Shown piece after piece: positions 24,801 through 39,376 of a stretch of DNA of 64,000 nucleotides. Source of the stretch: Euglena gracilis (lineage: Eukaryota); contig CP154954.1 in NCBI GenBank assembly GCA_039621445.1, positions 35,325,703 to 35,389,702 of the forward strand, in the 5' to 3' direction. The position numbers and the translations under genes are program-made. Below the pieces are notes generated by a model, which was given only the letters and a program-made list of their open reading frames with translations, had not been told where the DNA came from and did not search any database. The first letter of the stretch is position 1. Every line of letters starts with the position of its first letter.

Positions 24801-27800
24801 AATGTCCCCCGGAATGGTCGAATGCACCCATCTAAATCTGCTCATTTCTTGCAACCAACCTTCCGGATGCATGTTTTTCTTACCATTAAACCACGACAAT
24901 CATGAAACCAACGGGCCCCCTGACTTTGGAGGCCTCCTGGAACACCCATTCGGTAACTCGGAGTACGGCCCAATTTGGTCCATTTTTACATGGTAACCTG
25001 GGCTGACCTGGTAAATGTCCCCGGAATGGTCGAATGCACCCATCTAAATGTGCTCATTTCTTGCAACCAACCCTTCGGCTGCATGTTTTTCTTACCATTA
25101 AACCACGACAATCATGAAACCAACGGGTCCCCTGACTTTGGAGGCCTCCTGGAACACCCATTCGGTTACTCGGAGTAAGGCCCAATTTGGTCCATTTTTA
25201 CATGGTAACCTGGGCTGACCTGGTAAATGTCCCCCGGAATGGTCGAATGCACCCATCTAAATGTGCTCATTTCTTGCAACCAACATTCCCGCGGCATGTT
25301 TTTCTTACCATTAAACCACGACAATCATGAAACCAACGGGTCCCCTGACTTTGGAGGCCTCCTGGAACACCCATTCGGTTACTCGGAGTAAGGCCCAATT
25401 TGGTCCATTTTTACATGGTAACCTGGGCTGACCTGGTAAATGTCCCCCGGAATGGTCGAATGCACCCATCTAAATGTGCTCATTTCTTGCAACCAACATT
25501 CCCGCGGCATGTTTTTCTTACCATTAAACCACGACAATCATGAAACCAACGGGTCCCCTGACTTTGGAGGCCTCCTGGAACACCCATTCGGTTACTCGGA
25601 GTAAGGCCCAATTTGGTCCATTTTTACATGGTAACCTGGGCTGACCTGGTAAATGTCCCCCGGAATGGTCGAATGCACCCATCTAAATCTGCTCATTTCC
25701 TGCAACCAACCTTCCGGATGCATGTTTTTCTTACCATTAAACCACGACAATCATGAAACCAACGGGTCCCCTGACTTTGGAGGCCTCCTGGAACACCCAT
25801 TCGGTAACTCGGAGTAAGGCCCAATTTGGTCCATTTTTACATGGTAACCTGGGCTGACCTGGTAAATGTCCCCCGGAATGGTCGAATGCACCCATCTAAA
25901 TGTGCTCATTTCTTGCAACCAACATTCCCGCGGCATGTTTTTCTTACCATTAAACCACGACAATCATGAAACCAACGGGCCCCCTGACTTTGGAGGCCTC
26001 CTGGAACACCCATTCGGTAACTCGGAGTACGGCCCAATTTGGTCCATTTTTACATGGTAACCTGGGCTGACCTGGTAAATGTCCCCCGGAATGGTCGAAT
26101 GCACCCATCGGCTCATTTCTTGCAACCAACCTTTCGGCTGCATGTTTTTCCTACCATTAAACCACGACAATCATGAAAGCAACGGGTCCCCTGACTTTGG
26201 AGGCCTCCTGGAACACCCATTCGGTTACTCGGAGTAAGGCCCAATTTGGTCCATTTTTACATGGTAACCTGGGCTGACCTGGTAAATGTCCCCCGGAATG
26301 GTCGAATGCACCCATCTAAATCTGCTCATTTCTTGCAACCAACCTTTCGGCTGCATGTTTTTCTTACCATTAAACCACGACAATCATGAAACCAACGGGT
26401 CCCCTGACTTTGGAGGCCTCCTGGAACACCCATTCGGTAACTCGGAGTACGGCCCAATTTGGTCCATTTTTACATGGTAACCTGGGCTGACCTGGTAAAT
26501 GTCCCCCGGAATGGTCGAATGCACCCACCTAATGTGCTCATTTCTTGCAACCAACATTCCTGCGGCGTGTTTTTCTTACCATTAAAACACGACAATCATG
26601 AATCCAACGGGTCCCCTGACTTTGGAGGCCTCCTGGAACACCCATTCGGTTACTCGGAGTAAGGCCCAATTTGGTCCATTTTTACATGGTAACCTGGGCT
26701 GACCTGGTAAATGTCCCCCGGAATGGTCGAATGCACCCATCTAAATGTGCTCATTTCTTGCAACCAACATTCCCGCGGCATGTTTTTCTTACCATTAAAC
26801 CACGACAATCGTGAAAAGAACGGGTCCCCTGACTTTGGAGGCCTCCTGGAACACCCATTCGGTTACTCGGAGTAAGGCCCAATTTGGTCCATTTTTACAT
26901 GGTAACCTGGGCTGACCTGGTAAATGTCCCCCGGAATGGTCGAATGCACCCATCTAAATGTGCTCATTTCTTGCAACCAACATTCCCGCGGCATGTTTTT
27001 CTTACCATTAAACCACGACAATCATGAAACCAACGGGTCCCCTGACTTTGGAGGCCTCCTGGAACACCCATTCGGTTACTCGGAGTAAGGCCCAATTTGG
27101 TCCATTTTTACATGGTAACCTGGGCTGACCTGGTAAATGTCCCCCGGAATGGTCGAATGCACCCATCTAAATCTGCTCATTTCCTGCAACCAACCTTCCG
27201 GATGCATGTTTTTCTTACCATTAAACCACGACAATCATGAAACCAACGGGCCCCCTGACTTTGGAGGCCTCCTGGAACACCCATTCGGTAACTCGGAGTA
27301 CGGCCCAATTTGGTCCATTTTTACATGGTAACCTGGGCTGACCTGGTAAATGTCCCCCGGAATGGTCGAATGCACCCATCTAAATGTGCTCATTTCTTGC
27401 AACCAACATTCCCGCGGCATGTTTTTCTTACCATTAAACCACGACAATCATGAAACCAACGGGTCCCCTGACTTTGGAGGCCTCCTGGAACACCCATTCG
27501 GTTACTCGGAGTAAGGCCCAATTTGGTCCATTTTTACATGGTAACCTGGGCTGACCTGGTAAATGTCCCCCGGAATGGTCGAATGCACCCATCTAAATCT
27601 GCTCATTTCTTGCAACCAACCTTTCGGCTGCATGTTTTTCTTACCATTAAACCACGACAATCATGAAACCAACGGGTCCCCTGACTTTGGAGGCCTCCTG
27701 GAACACCCATTCGGTTACTCGGAGTAAGGCCCAATTTGGTCCATTTTTACATGGTAACCTGGGCTGACCTGGTAAATGTCCCCCGGAATGGTCGAATGCA

Positions 27801-30800
27801 CCCATCTAAATGTGCTCATTTCTTGCAACCAACAGTCCCGCTGCATGTTTTTCTTACCATTAAACCACGACAATCATGAAACCAACGGGTCCCCTGACTT
27901 TGGAGGCCTCCTGGAACACCCGTTACTCGGAGTACGGCCCAATTTGGTCCATTTTTACATGGTAACCTGGGCTGACCTGGTAAATGTCCCCCGGAATGGC
28001 CGAATGCACCCATCTGAATGTGCTCGTTTCTTGCAACCAACATTCCCGCTGAATGTTTTTTCTACCATTGAACCACGACAATCATGAAACCAACGGGTCC
28101 CCTGACTTTGGAGGCCTCCTGGAACACCCACTCGGTAACTCGGAGTACGGCCCAATTTGGTCCATTTTTACATGGTAACCTGGGCTGACCTGGTAAATGT
28201 CCCCCGGAATGGTCGAATGCACCCATCTAAATGTGCTCATTTCTTGCAACCAACCTTTCGGCTGCATGTTTTTCTTACCATTAAACCACGACAATCATGA
28301 AACCAACGGGTCCCCTGACTTTGGAGGCCTCCTGGAACACCCATTCGGTTACTCGGAGTAAGGCCCAATTTGGTCCATTTTTACATGGTAACCTGGGCTG
28401 ACCTGGTAAATGTCCCCCGGAATGGTCGAATGCACCCATCTAAATGTGCTCATTTCTTGCAACCAACACTCCCGCTGCATGTTTTTCTTACCATTAAACC
28501 ACGACAATCATGAAACCAACGGGTCCCCTGACTTTGGAGGCCTCCTGGAACACCCATTCGGTTACTCGGAGTAAGGCCCAATTTGGTCCATTTTTACATG
28601 GTAACCTGGGCTGACCTGGTAAATGTCCCCCGGAATGGTCGAATGCACCCATCTAAGTGTGCTCATTTCTTGCAACCAACATGCCCCGCTGCATGTTTTT
28701 CTTACCATTAAACCACGAAAGGACCAATTGGTCCATTTTTACATGGTAACCTGGGTGACCTGGTAAATGTCCCCCGGAATGGTCGAATGCACCCATCTAA
28801 ATGTGCTCATTTCTTGCAACCAACCTTCCCGCTGCATGTTTTTCTTACCATTAAACCACGACAATCATGAAACCAACGGGTCCCCTGACTTTGGAGGCCT
28901 CCTGGAACACCCATTCGGTTACTCGGAGTAAGGCCCAATTTGGTCCATTTTTACATGGTAACCTGGGCTGACCTGGTAAATGTCCCCCGGAATGGTCGAA
29001 TGCACCCATCTAAATCTGCTCATTTCTTGCAACCAACCTTCCGGCTGCATGTTTTTCTTACCATTAAACCACGACAATCATGAAACCAACGGGTCCCCTG
29101 ACTTTGGAGGCCTCCTGGAACACCCATTCGGTTACTCGGAGTAAGGCCCAATTTGGTCCATTTTTACATGGTAACCTGGGCTGACCTGGTAAATGTCCCC
29201 CGGAATGGTCGAATGCACCCATCTAAATCTGCTCATTTCTTGCAACCAACATTCCCGCTGCATGTTTTTCTTACCATTAAACCACGACAATCATGAAACC
29301 AACGGGTCCCCTGACTTTGGAGGCCTCCTGGAACACCCATTCGGTTACTCGGAGTAAGGCCCAATTTGGTCCATTTTTACATGGTAACCTGGGCTGACCT
29401 GGTAAATGTCCCCCGGAATGGTCGAATGCACCCATCTAAATGTGCTCATTTCTTGCAACCAACATTCCGCTGCATGTTTTTCTTACCATTAAACCACGAC
29501 AATCATGAAACCAACGGGTCCCCTGACTTTGGAGGCCTCCTGGAACACCCATTCGGTTACTCGGAGTAAGGCCCAATTTGGTCCATTTTTACATGGTAAC
29601 CTGGGCTGACCTGGTAAATGTCCCCCGGAATGGTCGAATGCACCCATCTAAATCTGCTCATTTCTTGCAACCAACCTTCCGGCTGCATGTTTTTCTTACC
29701 ATTAAACCACGACAATCATGAAACCAACGGGTCCCCTGACTTTGGAGGCCTCCTGGAACACCCATTCGGTTACTCGGAGTAAGGCCCAATTTGGTCCATT
29801 TTTACATGGTAACCTGGGCTGACCTGGTAAATGTCCCCCGGAATGGTCGAATGCACCCATCTAAATCTGCTCATTTCTTGCAACCAACCTTTCGCTGCAT
29901 GTTTTTCTTACCATTAAACCACGACAATCATGAAACCAACGGGTCCCCTGACTTTGGAGGCCTCCTGGAACACCCATTCGGTTACTCGGAGTAAGGCCCA
30001 ATTTGGTCCATTTTTACATGGTAACCTGGGCTGACCTGGTAAATGTCCCCCGGAATGGTCGAATGCACCCATCTAAATGTGCTCATTTCTTGCAACCACC
30101 CTTCCGGTTGCATGTTTTTCTTACCATTAAACCACGACAATCATGAAACCAACGGGTCCCCTGACTTTGGAGGCCTCCTGGAACACCCATTCGGTTACTC
30201 GGAGTAAGGCCCAATTTGGTCCATTTTTACATGGTAACCTGGGCTGACCTGGTAAATGTCCCCCGGAATGGTCGAATGCACCCATCTAAATGTGCTCATT
30301 TCTTGCAACCAACCCTCCGGCTGCATGTTTTTCTTACCATTAAACCACGACAATCATGAAACCAACGGGTCCCCTGACTTTGGAGGCCTCCTGGAACACC
30401 CATTCGGTTACTCGGAGTAAGGCCCAATTTGGTCCATTTTTACATGGTAACCTGGGCTGACCTGGTAAATGTCCCCCGGAATGGTCGAATGCACCCATCT
30501 AAATCTGCTCATTTCTTGCAACCAACCTTTCGGCTGCATGTTTTTCTTACCATTAAACCACGACAATCATGAAACCAACGGGTCCCCTGACTTTGGAGGC
30601 CTCCTGGAACACCCATTCGGTTACTCGGAGTAAGGCCCAATTTGGTCCATTTTTACATGGTAACCTGGGCTGACCTGGTAAATGTCCCCCGGAATGGTCG
30701 AATGCACCCATCTAAATCTGCTCATTTCTTGCAACCAACCTTCGGGCTGCACGTTTTTCTTACCATTAAACCACGACAATCATGAAACCAACGGGTCCCC

Positions 30801-32163
30801 TGACTTTGGAGGCCTCCTGGAACACCCATTCGGTTACTCGGAGTAAGGCCCAATTTGGTCCATTTTTACATGGTAACCTGGGCTGACCTGGTAAATGTCC
30901 CCCGGAATGGTCGAATGCACCCATCTAAATGTGCTCATTTCTTGCAACCAACATTCCCGCTGCATGTTTTTCTTACCATTAAACCACGACAATCATGAAA
31001 CCAACGGGTCCCCTGACTTTGGAGGCCTCCTGGAACACCCATTCGGTTACTCGGAGTAAGGCCCAATTTGGTCCATTTTTACATGGTAACCTGGGCTGAC
31101 CTGGTAAATGTCCCCCGGAATGGTCGAATGCACCCATCTAAATCTGCTCATTTCTTGCAACCAACCTTCCGGCTGCATGTTTTTCTTACCATTAAACCAC
31201 GACAATCATGAAACCAACGGGTCCCCTGACTTTGGAGGCCTCCTGGAACACCCATTCGGTTACTCGGAGTAAGGCCCAATTTGGTCCATTTTTACATGGT
31301 AACCTGGGCTGACCTGGTAAATGTCCCCCGGAATGGTCGAATGCACCCATCTAATGTGCTCATTTCTTGCAACCAACCTTCCGGCTGCATGTTTTTCTTA
31401 CCATTAAACCACGACAATCATGAAACCAACGGGTCCCCTGACTTTGGAGGCCTCCTGGAACACCCATTCGGTTACTCGGAGTAAGGCCCAATTTGGTCCA
31501 TTTTTACATGGTAACCTGGGCTGACCTGGTAAATGTCCCCGGAATGGTCGAATGCACCCATCTAAATCTGCTCATTTCTTGCAACCAACCATTCGGCTGC
31601 ATGTTTTTCTTACCATTAAACCACGACAATCATGAAACCAACGGGTCCCCTGACTTTGGAGGCCTCCTGGAACACCCATTCGGTAACTCGGAGTAAGGCC
31701 CAATTTGGTCCATTTTTACATGGTAACCTGGGCTGACCTGGTAAATGTCCCCCGGAATGGTCGAATGCACCCATCTAAATCTGCTCATTTCTTGCAACCA
31801 ACCTTCGGGCGGCATGTTTTTCTTACCATTAAACCACGACAATCATGAAACCAACGGGTCCCCTGACTTTGGAGGCCTCCTGGAACACCCATTCGGTTAC
31901 TCGGAGTAAGGCCCAATTTGGTCCATTTTTACATGGTAACCTGGGCTGACCTGGTAAATGTCCCCGGAATGGTCGAATGCACCCATCTAAATCTGCTCAT
32001 TTCTTGCAACCAACCTTCCGGCTGCATGTTTTTCTTACCATTAAACCACGACAATCATGAAACCAACGGGTCCCCTGACTTTGGAGGCCTCCTGGAACAC
32101 CCATTCGGTTACTCGGAGTACGGCCCAATTTGGTCCATTTTTACATGGTAAGCTGGGCTGACC
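3861..32163 (+). repeat. Satellite array, left arm: 213-bp monomer, ~133 copies
   Basis: ATCTAAATCTGCTCATTTCTTGCAACCAAC... recurs every 213 bp (3861, 4074, ...) with only a few percent variation. Confidence 0.98.
19400..27500 (+). repeat. Higher-order repeat zone (11-mer and 14-mer blocks)
   Basis: A 6-bp-deletion monomer (CCCATCGGCTCA) occurs at ~20797, ~23133 and ~26108 (spacing 2336 and 2975 bp). The GAAAAGAACGGG variant occurs at ~23840 and ~26813. The CATTCCCGCGGCATG variant is confined to this zone. Confidence 0.8.
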
Positions 32164-35100
32164 ATTTACCAGGTCAGCCCAGGTTACCATGTAAAAATGG
32201 ACCAAATTGGGCCTTACTCCGAGTAACCGAATGGGTGTTCCAGGAGGCCTCCAAAGTCAGGGGACCCGTTGGTTTCATGATTGTCGTGGTTTAATGGTAA
32301 GAATAACATGCAGCCGGAAGGTTGGTTGCAAGAAATGAGCACATTTAGATGGTTGCATTCGACCATTCCGGGGGACATTTGCCAGGTCAGCCCAGGTTAC
32401 CATGTAAAAATGGACCAAATTGGGCCTTACTCCGAGTAACCGAATGGGTGTTCCAGGAGGCCTCCAAAGTCAGGGGAACCGTTGGTTTCATGATTGTCGT
32501 GGTTTAATGGTAAGAGTAACATGCAGCCGAAAGGTTGGTTGCAATAAATGAGCACATTTAGATGGGTGCATTCGACCATTCCGGGGGACATTTACCAGGT
32601 CAGCCCAGGTTACCATGTAAAAATGGACCAAATTGGGCCGTACTCCGAGTTACCGAATGGGTGTTCCAGGAGGCCTCCAAAGTCAGGGGACCCGTTGGTT
32701 TCATGATTGTCGTGGTTTAATGGTAAGAAAAACATGCACCCGAAAGGTTGGTTGCAAGAAATGAGCAGATTTAGATGGGTGCATTCGACCATTCCGGGGG
32801 ACATTTACCAGGTCAGCCCAGGTTGCCATGTAAAAAGGGACCAAATTGGGCCTTACTCCGAGTAACCGAATGGGTGTTCCAGGACGCCTTCAAAGTCAGG
32901 GGACCCGTTGGTTTCATGATTGTCGTGGTTTAATGGTAAGAAAAACATGCAGCCGGAAGGTTGGTTGCAAGAAATGAGCACATTTAGATGGCTGCATTCG
33001 ACCATTCCGGGGGACATTTACCAGGTCAGCCCAGGTTACCATGTAAAAATGGACCAAATTGGGCCTTACTCCGAGTAACCGAATGGGTGTTCCAGGAGGC
33101 CTCCAAAGTCAGGGGACCCGTTGGTTTCATGATTGTCGTGGTTTAATGGTAAGAATAACATGCAGCCGGAAGGTTGGTTGCAAGAAATGAGCACATTTAG
33201 ATGGGTGCATTCGACCATTCCGGGGGACATTTACCAGGTCAGCCCAGGTTACCATGTAAAAACGGACCAAATTGGGCCTTATTCCGAGTAACCGAATGGG
33301 TGTTCCAGGAGGCCTCCAAAGTCAGGGGACCCGTTGGTTTCATGATTGTCGTGGTTTAATGGTAAGAATAACATGCAGCCGAAAGGTTGGTCGCAATAAA
33401 TGAGCACATTTAGATGGGTGCATTCGACCATTCCGGGGGACATTTACCAGGTCAGCCCAGGTTACCATGTAAAAATGGACCAAATTGGGCCTTACTCCGA
33501 GTAACCGAATGGGTGTTCCAGGAGGCCTCCAAAGTCAGGGGACCCGTTGGTTTCATGATTGTCGTGGTTTAATGGTAAGAAAAACATGCAGCCGAAAGGT
33601 TGGTTGCAAGAAATGAGCAGATTTAGATGGGTGCATTCGACCATTCCGGGGGACATTTACCAGGACAGCCCAGGTTACCATGTAAAATGGACCAAATTGG
33701 GCCTTACTCCGAGTAACCGAATGGGTGTTCCAGGAGGCCTCCAAAGTCAGGGGACCCGTTGGTTTCATGATTGTTGTGGTTTAATGGTAAGAAAAACATG
33801 CAGCCGGAAGGTTGGTTGCAAGAAATGAGGACATTTAGATGGGTGCATTCGACCATTCCGGGGGACATTTACCAGGTCAGCCCAGGTTACCATGTAAAAA
33901 TGGACCAAATTGGGCCTTACTCCGAGTAACCGAATGGGTGTTCCAGGAGGCCTCCAAAGTCAGGGGACCCGTTGGTTTCATGATTGTCGTGGTTTAATGG
34001 TAAGAAAAACATGCAGCCGAAAGGTTGGTTGCAAGAAATGAGCAGATTTAGATGGGTGCATTCGACCATTCCGGGGGACATTTACCAGGTCAACCCAGGT
34101 TACCATGTAAAAATGGACCAAATTGGGCCTTACTCCGAGTAACCGAATGGGTGTTCCAGGAGGCCTCCAAAGTCAGGGGACCCGTTGGTTTCATGATTGT
34201 CGTGGTTTAATGGTAAGAAAAACATGCAGCCGGAAGGTTGGTTGCAAGAAATGAGCAAATTTAGATGGGTGCCTTCGACCATTACGGGGGACATTTACCA
34301 GGTCACCCCGGGTACCAAGAAAAAATCCACCAAATTGGGCCTTACTCCGAGTAACCGAAAGGGTGTTCCAGGAGGCCTCCAAAGTCAGGGGACCCGTTGG
34401 TTTCATGATTGTCGTGGTTTAACGGTAAGAAAAACATGCAGCGGTAATGTTGGTTGCAAGAAATGAGCAGATTTACATGGGTGCATTCGACCATTCCGGG
34501 GGACATTTACCAGGTGAGCCCAGGTTACCATGTAAAAATGGACCAAATTGGGCCTTACTCCGAGTAACCGAATGGGTGTTCCAGGAGGCCTCCAAAGTCA
34601 GGGGACCCGTTGGTTTCATGATTGTCGTGGTTTAATGGTAAGAAAAACATGCAGCCGGAAGGTTGGTTGCAAGAAATGAGCAAATTTAGATGGGTGCCTT
34701 CGACCATTACGGGGGACATTTACCAGGTCACCCCGGGTACCAAGAAAAAATCCACCAAATTGGGCCTTACTCCGAGTAACCCAATGGGTGTTCCAGGAGG
34801 CCTCCAAAGTCAGGGGACCCGTTGGTTTCATGATTGTCGTGGTTTAATGGTAAGAAAAACATGCAGCCGGAAGGTTGGTTGCAAGAAATGAGCAGATTTA
34901 GATGGGTGCATTCGACCATTCCGGGGGACATTTACCAGGTCAGCCCAGGTTACCATGTAAAAATGGACCAAATTGGGCCTTACTCCGAGTAACCGAATGG
35001 GTGTTCCAGGAGGCCTCCAAAGTCAGGGGACCCGTTGGTTTCATGATTGTCGTGGTTTAATGGTAAGAAAAACATGCAGCCGGAAGGTTGGTTGCAAGAA

Positions 35101-38100
35101 ATGAGCAGATTTAGATGGGTGCATTCGACCATTCCGGGGGACATTTACCAGGTCAGCCCAGGTTACCATGTAAAAATCCACCAAATTGGGCCTTACTCCG
35201 AGTAACCGAAAGGGTGTTCCAGGAGGCCTCCAAAGTCAGGGGACCCGTTGGTTTCATGATTGTCGTGGTTTAATGGTAAGAAAAACATGCAACCGGAAGG
35301 TTGGTTGCAAGAAATGAGCAGATTTAGATGGGTGCATTCGACCATTCCGGGGGACATTTACCAGGTCAGCCCAGGTTACCATGTAAAAATGGACCAAATT
35401 GGGCCTTACTCCGAGTAACCGAATGGGTGTTCCAGGAGGCCTCCAAAGTCAGGGGACCCGTTGGTTTCATGATTGTCGTGGTTTAATGGTAAGAAAAACA
35501 AGCAGCCGGAAGGTGGGTTGCAAGAAATGAGCAGATTTAGATGGGTGCATTCGACCATTCCGGGGGACATTTACCAGGTAACCCCAGTTTACCATGTAAA
35601 AATGGACCAAATTGGGCCTTACTCCGAGTAACCGACTGGGTGTTCCAGGAGGCCTCCAAAGTCAGGGGACCCGTTGGTTTCATGATTGTCGTGGTTTAAT
35701 GGTAAGAAAAACGTGCAGCGGTAATGTTGGTTGCAAGAAATGAGCAGATTTAGATGGGTGCATTCGACCATTCCGGGGGACATTTACCAGGTCAGCCCAG
35801 GTTACCATGTAAAAATGGACCAAATTGGGCCTTACTCCGAGTAACCGAATGGGTGTTCCAGGAGGCCTCCAAAGTCAGGGGACCCGTTGGTTTCATGATT
35901 GTCGTGGTTTAATGGTAAGAAAAACATGCAGCCGGAAGGTTGGTTGCAAGAAATGAGCAGATTTAGATGGGTGCATTCGACCATTCCGGGGGACATTTAC
36001 CAGGTCAGCCCAGGTTACCATGAAAAAATGGACCAAATTGGGCCTTACTCCGAGTAACCGAATGGGTGTTCCAGGAGGCCTCCAAAGTCAGGGGACCCGT
36101 TGGTTTCATGATTGTAATGGTAAGAAAAACATGCAGCCGGAAGGTTGGTTGCAAGAAATGAGCAGATTTAGATGGGTGCATTCGACCATTCCGGGGGACA
36201 TTTACCAGGTCAGCCCAGGTTACCATGTAAAAATGGACCAAATTGGGCCTTACTCCGAGTAACCGAATGGGTGTTCCAGGAGGCCTCCAAAGTCAGGGGA
36301 CCCGTTGGTTTCATGATTGTCGTGGTTTAATGGTAAGAAAAACATGCAGCCGGAAGGTTGGTTGCAAGAAATGAGCAGATTTAGATGGGTGCATTCGACC
36401 ATTCCGGGGGACATTTACCAGGTCAGCCCAGGTTACCATGTAAAAATGGACCAAATTGGGCCTTACTCCGAGTAACCGAATGGGTGTTCCAGGAGGCCTC
36501 CAAAGTCAGGGGACCCGTTGGTTTCATGATTGTCGTGGTTTAATGGTAAGAAAAACATGCAGCCGGAAGGTTGGTTGCAAGAAATGAGCACATTTAGATG
36601 GGTGCATTCGACCATTCCGGGGGACATTTACCAGGTCAGCCCAGGTTACCATGTAAAAATGGACCAAATTGGGCCTTACTCCGAGTAACCGAATGGGTGT
36701 TCCAGGAGGCCTCCAAAGTCAGGGGACCCGTTGGTTTCATGATTGTCGTGGTTTAATGGTAAGAAAAACATGCAGCCGGAAGGTTGGTTGCAAGAAATGA
36801 GCAGATTTAGATGGGTGCATTCGACCATTCAGGGGGACATTTACCAGGTCAGCCCAGGTTACCATGTAAAAATGGACCAAATTGGGCCTTACTCCGAGTA
36901 ACCGAATGGGTGTTCCAGGAGGCCTCCAAAGTCAGGGGACCCGTTGGTTTCATGATTGTCGTGGTTTAATGGTAAGAAAAACATGCAGCCGGAAGGTTGG
37001 TTGCAAGAAATGAGCAGATTTAGATGGGTGCATTCGACCATTCCGGGGGACATTTACCAGGTCAGCCCAGGTTACCATGTAAAAATGGACCAAATTGGGC
37101 CTTACTCCGAGTAACCGAATGGGTGTTCCAGGAGGCCTCCAAAGTCAGGGGACCCGTTGGTTTCATGATTGTCGTGGTTTAATGGTAAGAAAAACATGCA
37201 GCCGGAAGGTTGGTTGCAAGAAATGAGCAGATTTAGATGGGTGCATTCGACCATTCCGGGGGACATTTACCAGGTCAGCCCAGGTTACCATGTAAAAATG
37301 GACCAAATTGGGCCTTACTCCGAGTAACCGAATGGGTGTTCCAGGAGGCCTCCAAAGTCAGGGGACCCGTTGGTTTCATGATTGTCGTGGTTTAATGGTA
37401 AGAAAAACATGCAGCCGGAAGGTTGGTTGCAAGAAATGAGCAGATTTAGATGGGTGCATTCGACCATTCCGGGGGACATTTACCAGGTCAGCCCAGGTTA
37501 CCATGTAAAAATGGACCAAATTGGGCCTTACTCCGAGTAACCGAATGGGTGTTCCAGGAGGCCTCCAAAGTCAGGGGACCCGTTGGTTTCATGATTGTCG
37601 TGGTTTAATGGTAAGAAAAACATGCAGCCGGAAGGTTGGTTGCAAGAAATGAGCACATTTAGATGGGTGCATTCGACCATTCCGGGGGACATTTACCAGG
37701 TCAGCCCAGGTTACCATGTAAAAATGGACCAAATTGGGCCTTACTCCGAGTAACCGAATGGGTGTTCCAGGAGGCCTCCAAAGTCAGGGGACCCGTTGGT
37801 TTCATGATTGTCGTGGTTAATGGTAAGAAAAACATGCAGCTGGAAAGGTTGGTTGCAAGAAATGAGCAGATTTAGATGGGTGCATTCGACCATTCCGGGG
37901 GACATTTACCAGGTCAGCCCAGGTTACCATGTAAAAATGGACCAAATTGGGCCTTACTCCGAGTAACCGAATGGGTGTTCCAGGAGGCCTCCAAAGTCAG
38001 GGGACCCGTTGGTTTCATGATTGTCGTGGTTTAATGGTAAGAAAAACATGCAGCCGGAAGGTTGGTTGCAAGAAATGAGCAGATTTAGATGGGTGCATTC

Positions 38101-39300
38101 GACCATTCCGGGGGACATTTACCAGGTCAGCCCAGGTTACCATGTAAAATGGACCAAATTGGGCCTTACTCCGAGTAACCGAATGGGTGTTCCAGGAGGC
38201 CTCCAAAGTCAGGGGACCCGTTGGTTTCATGATTGTCGTGGTTTAATGGTAAGAAAAACATGCAGCCGGAAGGTTGGTTGCAAGAAATGAGCAGATTTAG
38301 ATGGGTGCATTCGACCATTCCGGGGGACATTTACCAGGTCAGCCCAGGTTACCATGTAAAAATGGACCAATTGGGCCTTACTCCGAGTAACCGAATGGGT
38401 GTTCCAGGAGGCCTCCAAAGTCAGGGGACCCGTTGGTTTCATGATTGTCGTGGTTTAATGGTAAGAAAAACATGCAGCCGGAAGGTTGGTTGCAAGAAAT
38501 GAGCAGATTTAGATGGGTGCATTCGACCATTCCGGGGGACATTTACCAGGTCAGCCCAGGTTACCATGTAAAAATGGACCAAATTGGGCCTTACTCCGAG
38601 TTACCGAATGGGTGTTCCAGGAGGCCTCCAAAGTCAGGGGACCCGTTGGTTTCATGATTGTCGTGGTTTAATGGTAAGAAAAACATGCAGCCGGAAGGTT
38701 GGTTGCAAGAAATGAGCACATTTAGATGGGTGCATTCGACCATTCCGGGGGACATTTGCCAGGTCAGCCCAGGTTACCAAGTAAAAATGGAGCAAATTGG
38801 GCTACTCCGAGTTACCGAATGTGTGTTCCAGGAGGCCATCAAGGTCAGGGGACTCGTTGGTTTCATGATTGTCGTGGTTTAATGGTAAGAAAAACATGCA
38901 GCCGGAAGGTTGGTTGCAAGAAATGAGCAGATTTAGATGGGTGCATTCGACCATTCCGGGGGACATTTACCAGGTCAGCCCAGGTTACCATGTAAAAATG
39001 GACCAAATTGGGCCTTACTCCGAGTAACCGAATGGGTGTTCCAGGAGGCCTCCAAAGTCAGGGGACCCGTTGGTTTCATGATTGTCGTGGTTTAATGGTA
39101 AGAAAACATGCAGCCGGAAGGTTGGTTGCAAGAAATGAGCACATTTAGATGGGTGCATTCGACCATTCCGGGGGACATTTACCAGGTCAGCCCAGGTTAC
39201 CATGTAAAAATGGACCAAATTGGGCCGTACTCCGAGTTACCGAACGGGTGTTCCAGGAGGCCTCCAAAGTCAGGGGACCCGTTGGTTTCATGATTGTCGT

Positions 39301-39376
39301 GGGGGGGGGAGGGGGGGGGGTGGGGCGGGGGGGGGGGGGGGGGGGGGGGGTGGGGGGGGGGGGGGGGGGGGGGGGG
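39301..39376. other. Poly-G tract interrupting a monomer (probable sequencing/assembly artefact)
   Basis: 76 nt of almost pure G sit at the GTGG/GGTTTA position of the monomer, and the satellite phase resumes afterwards. Confidence 0.6.
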
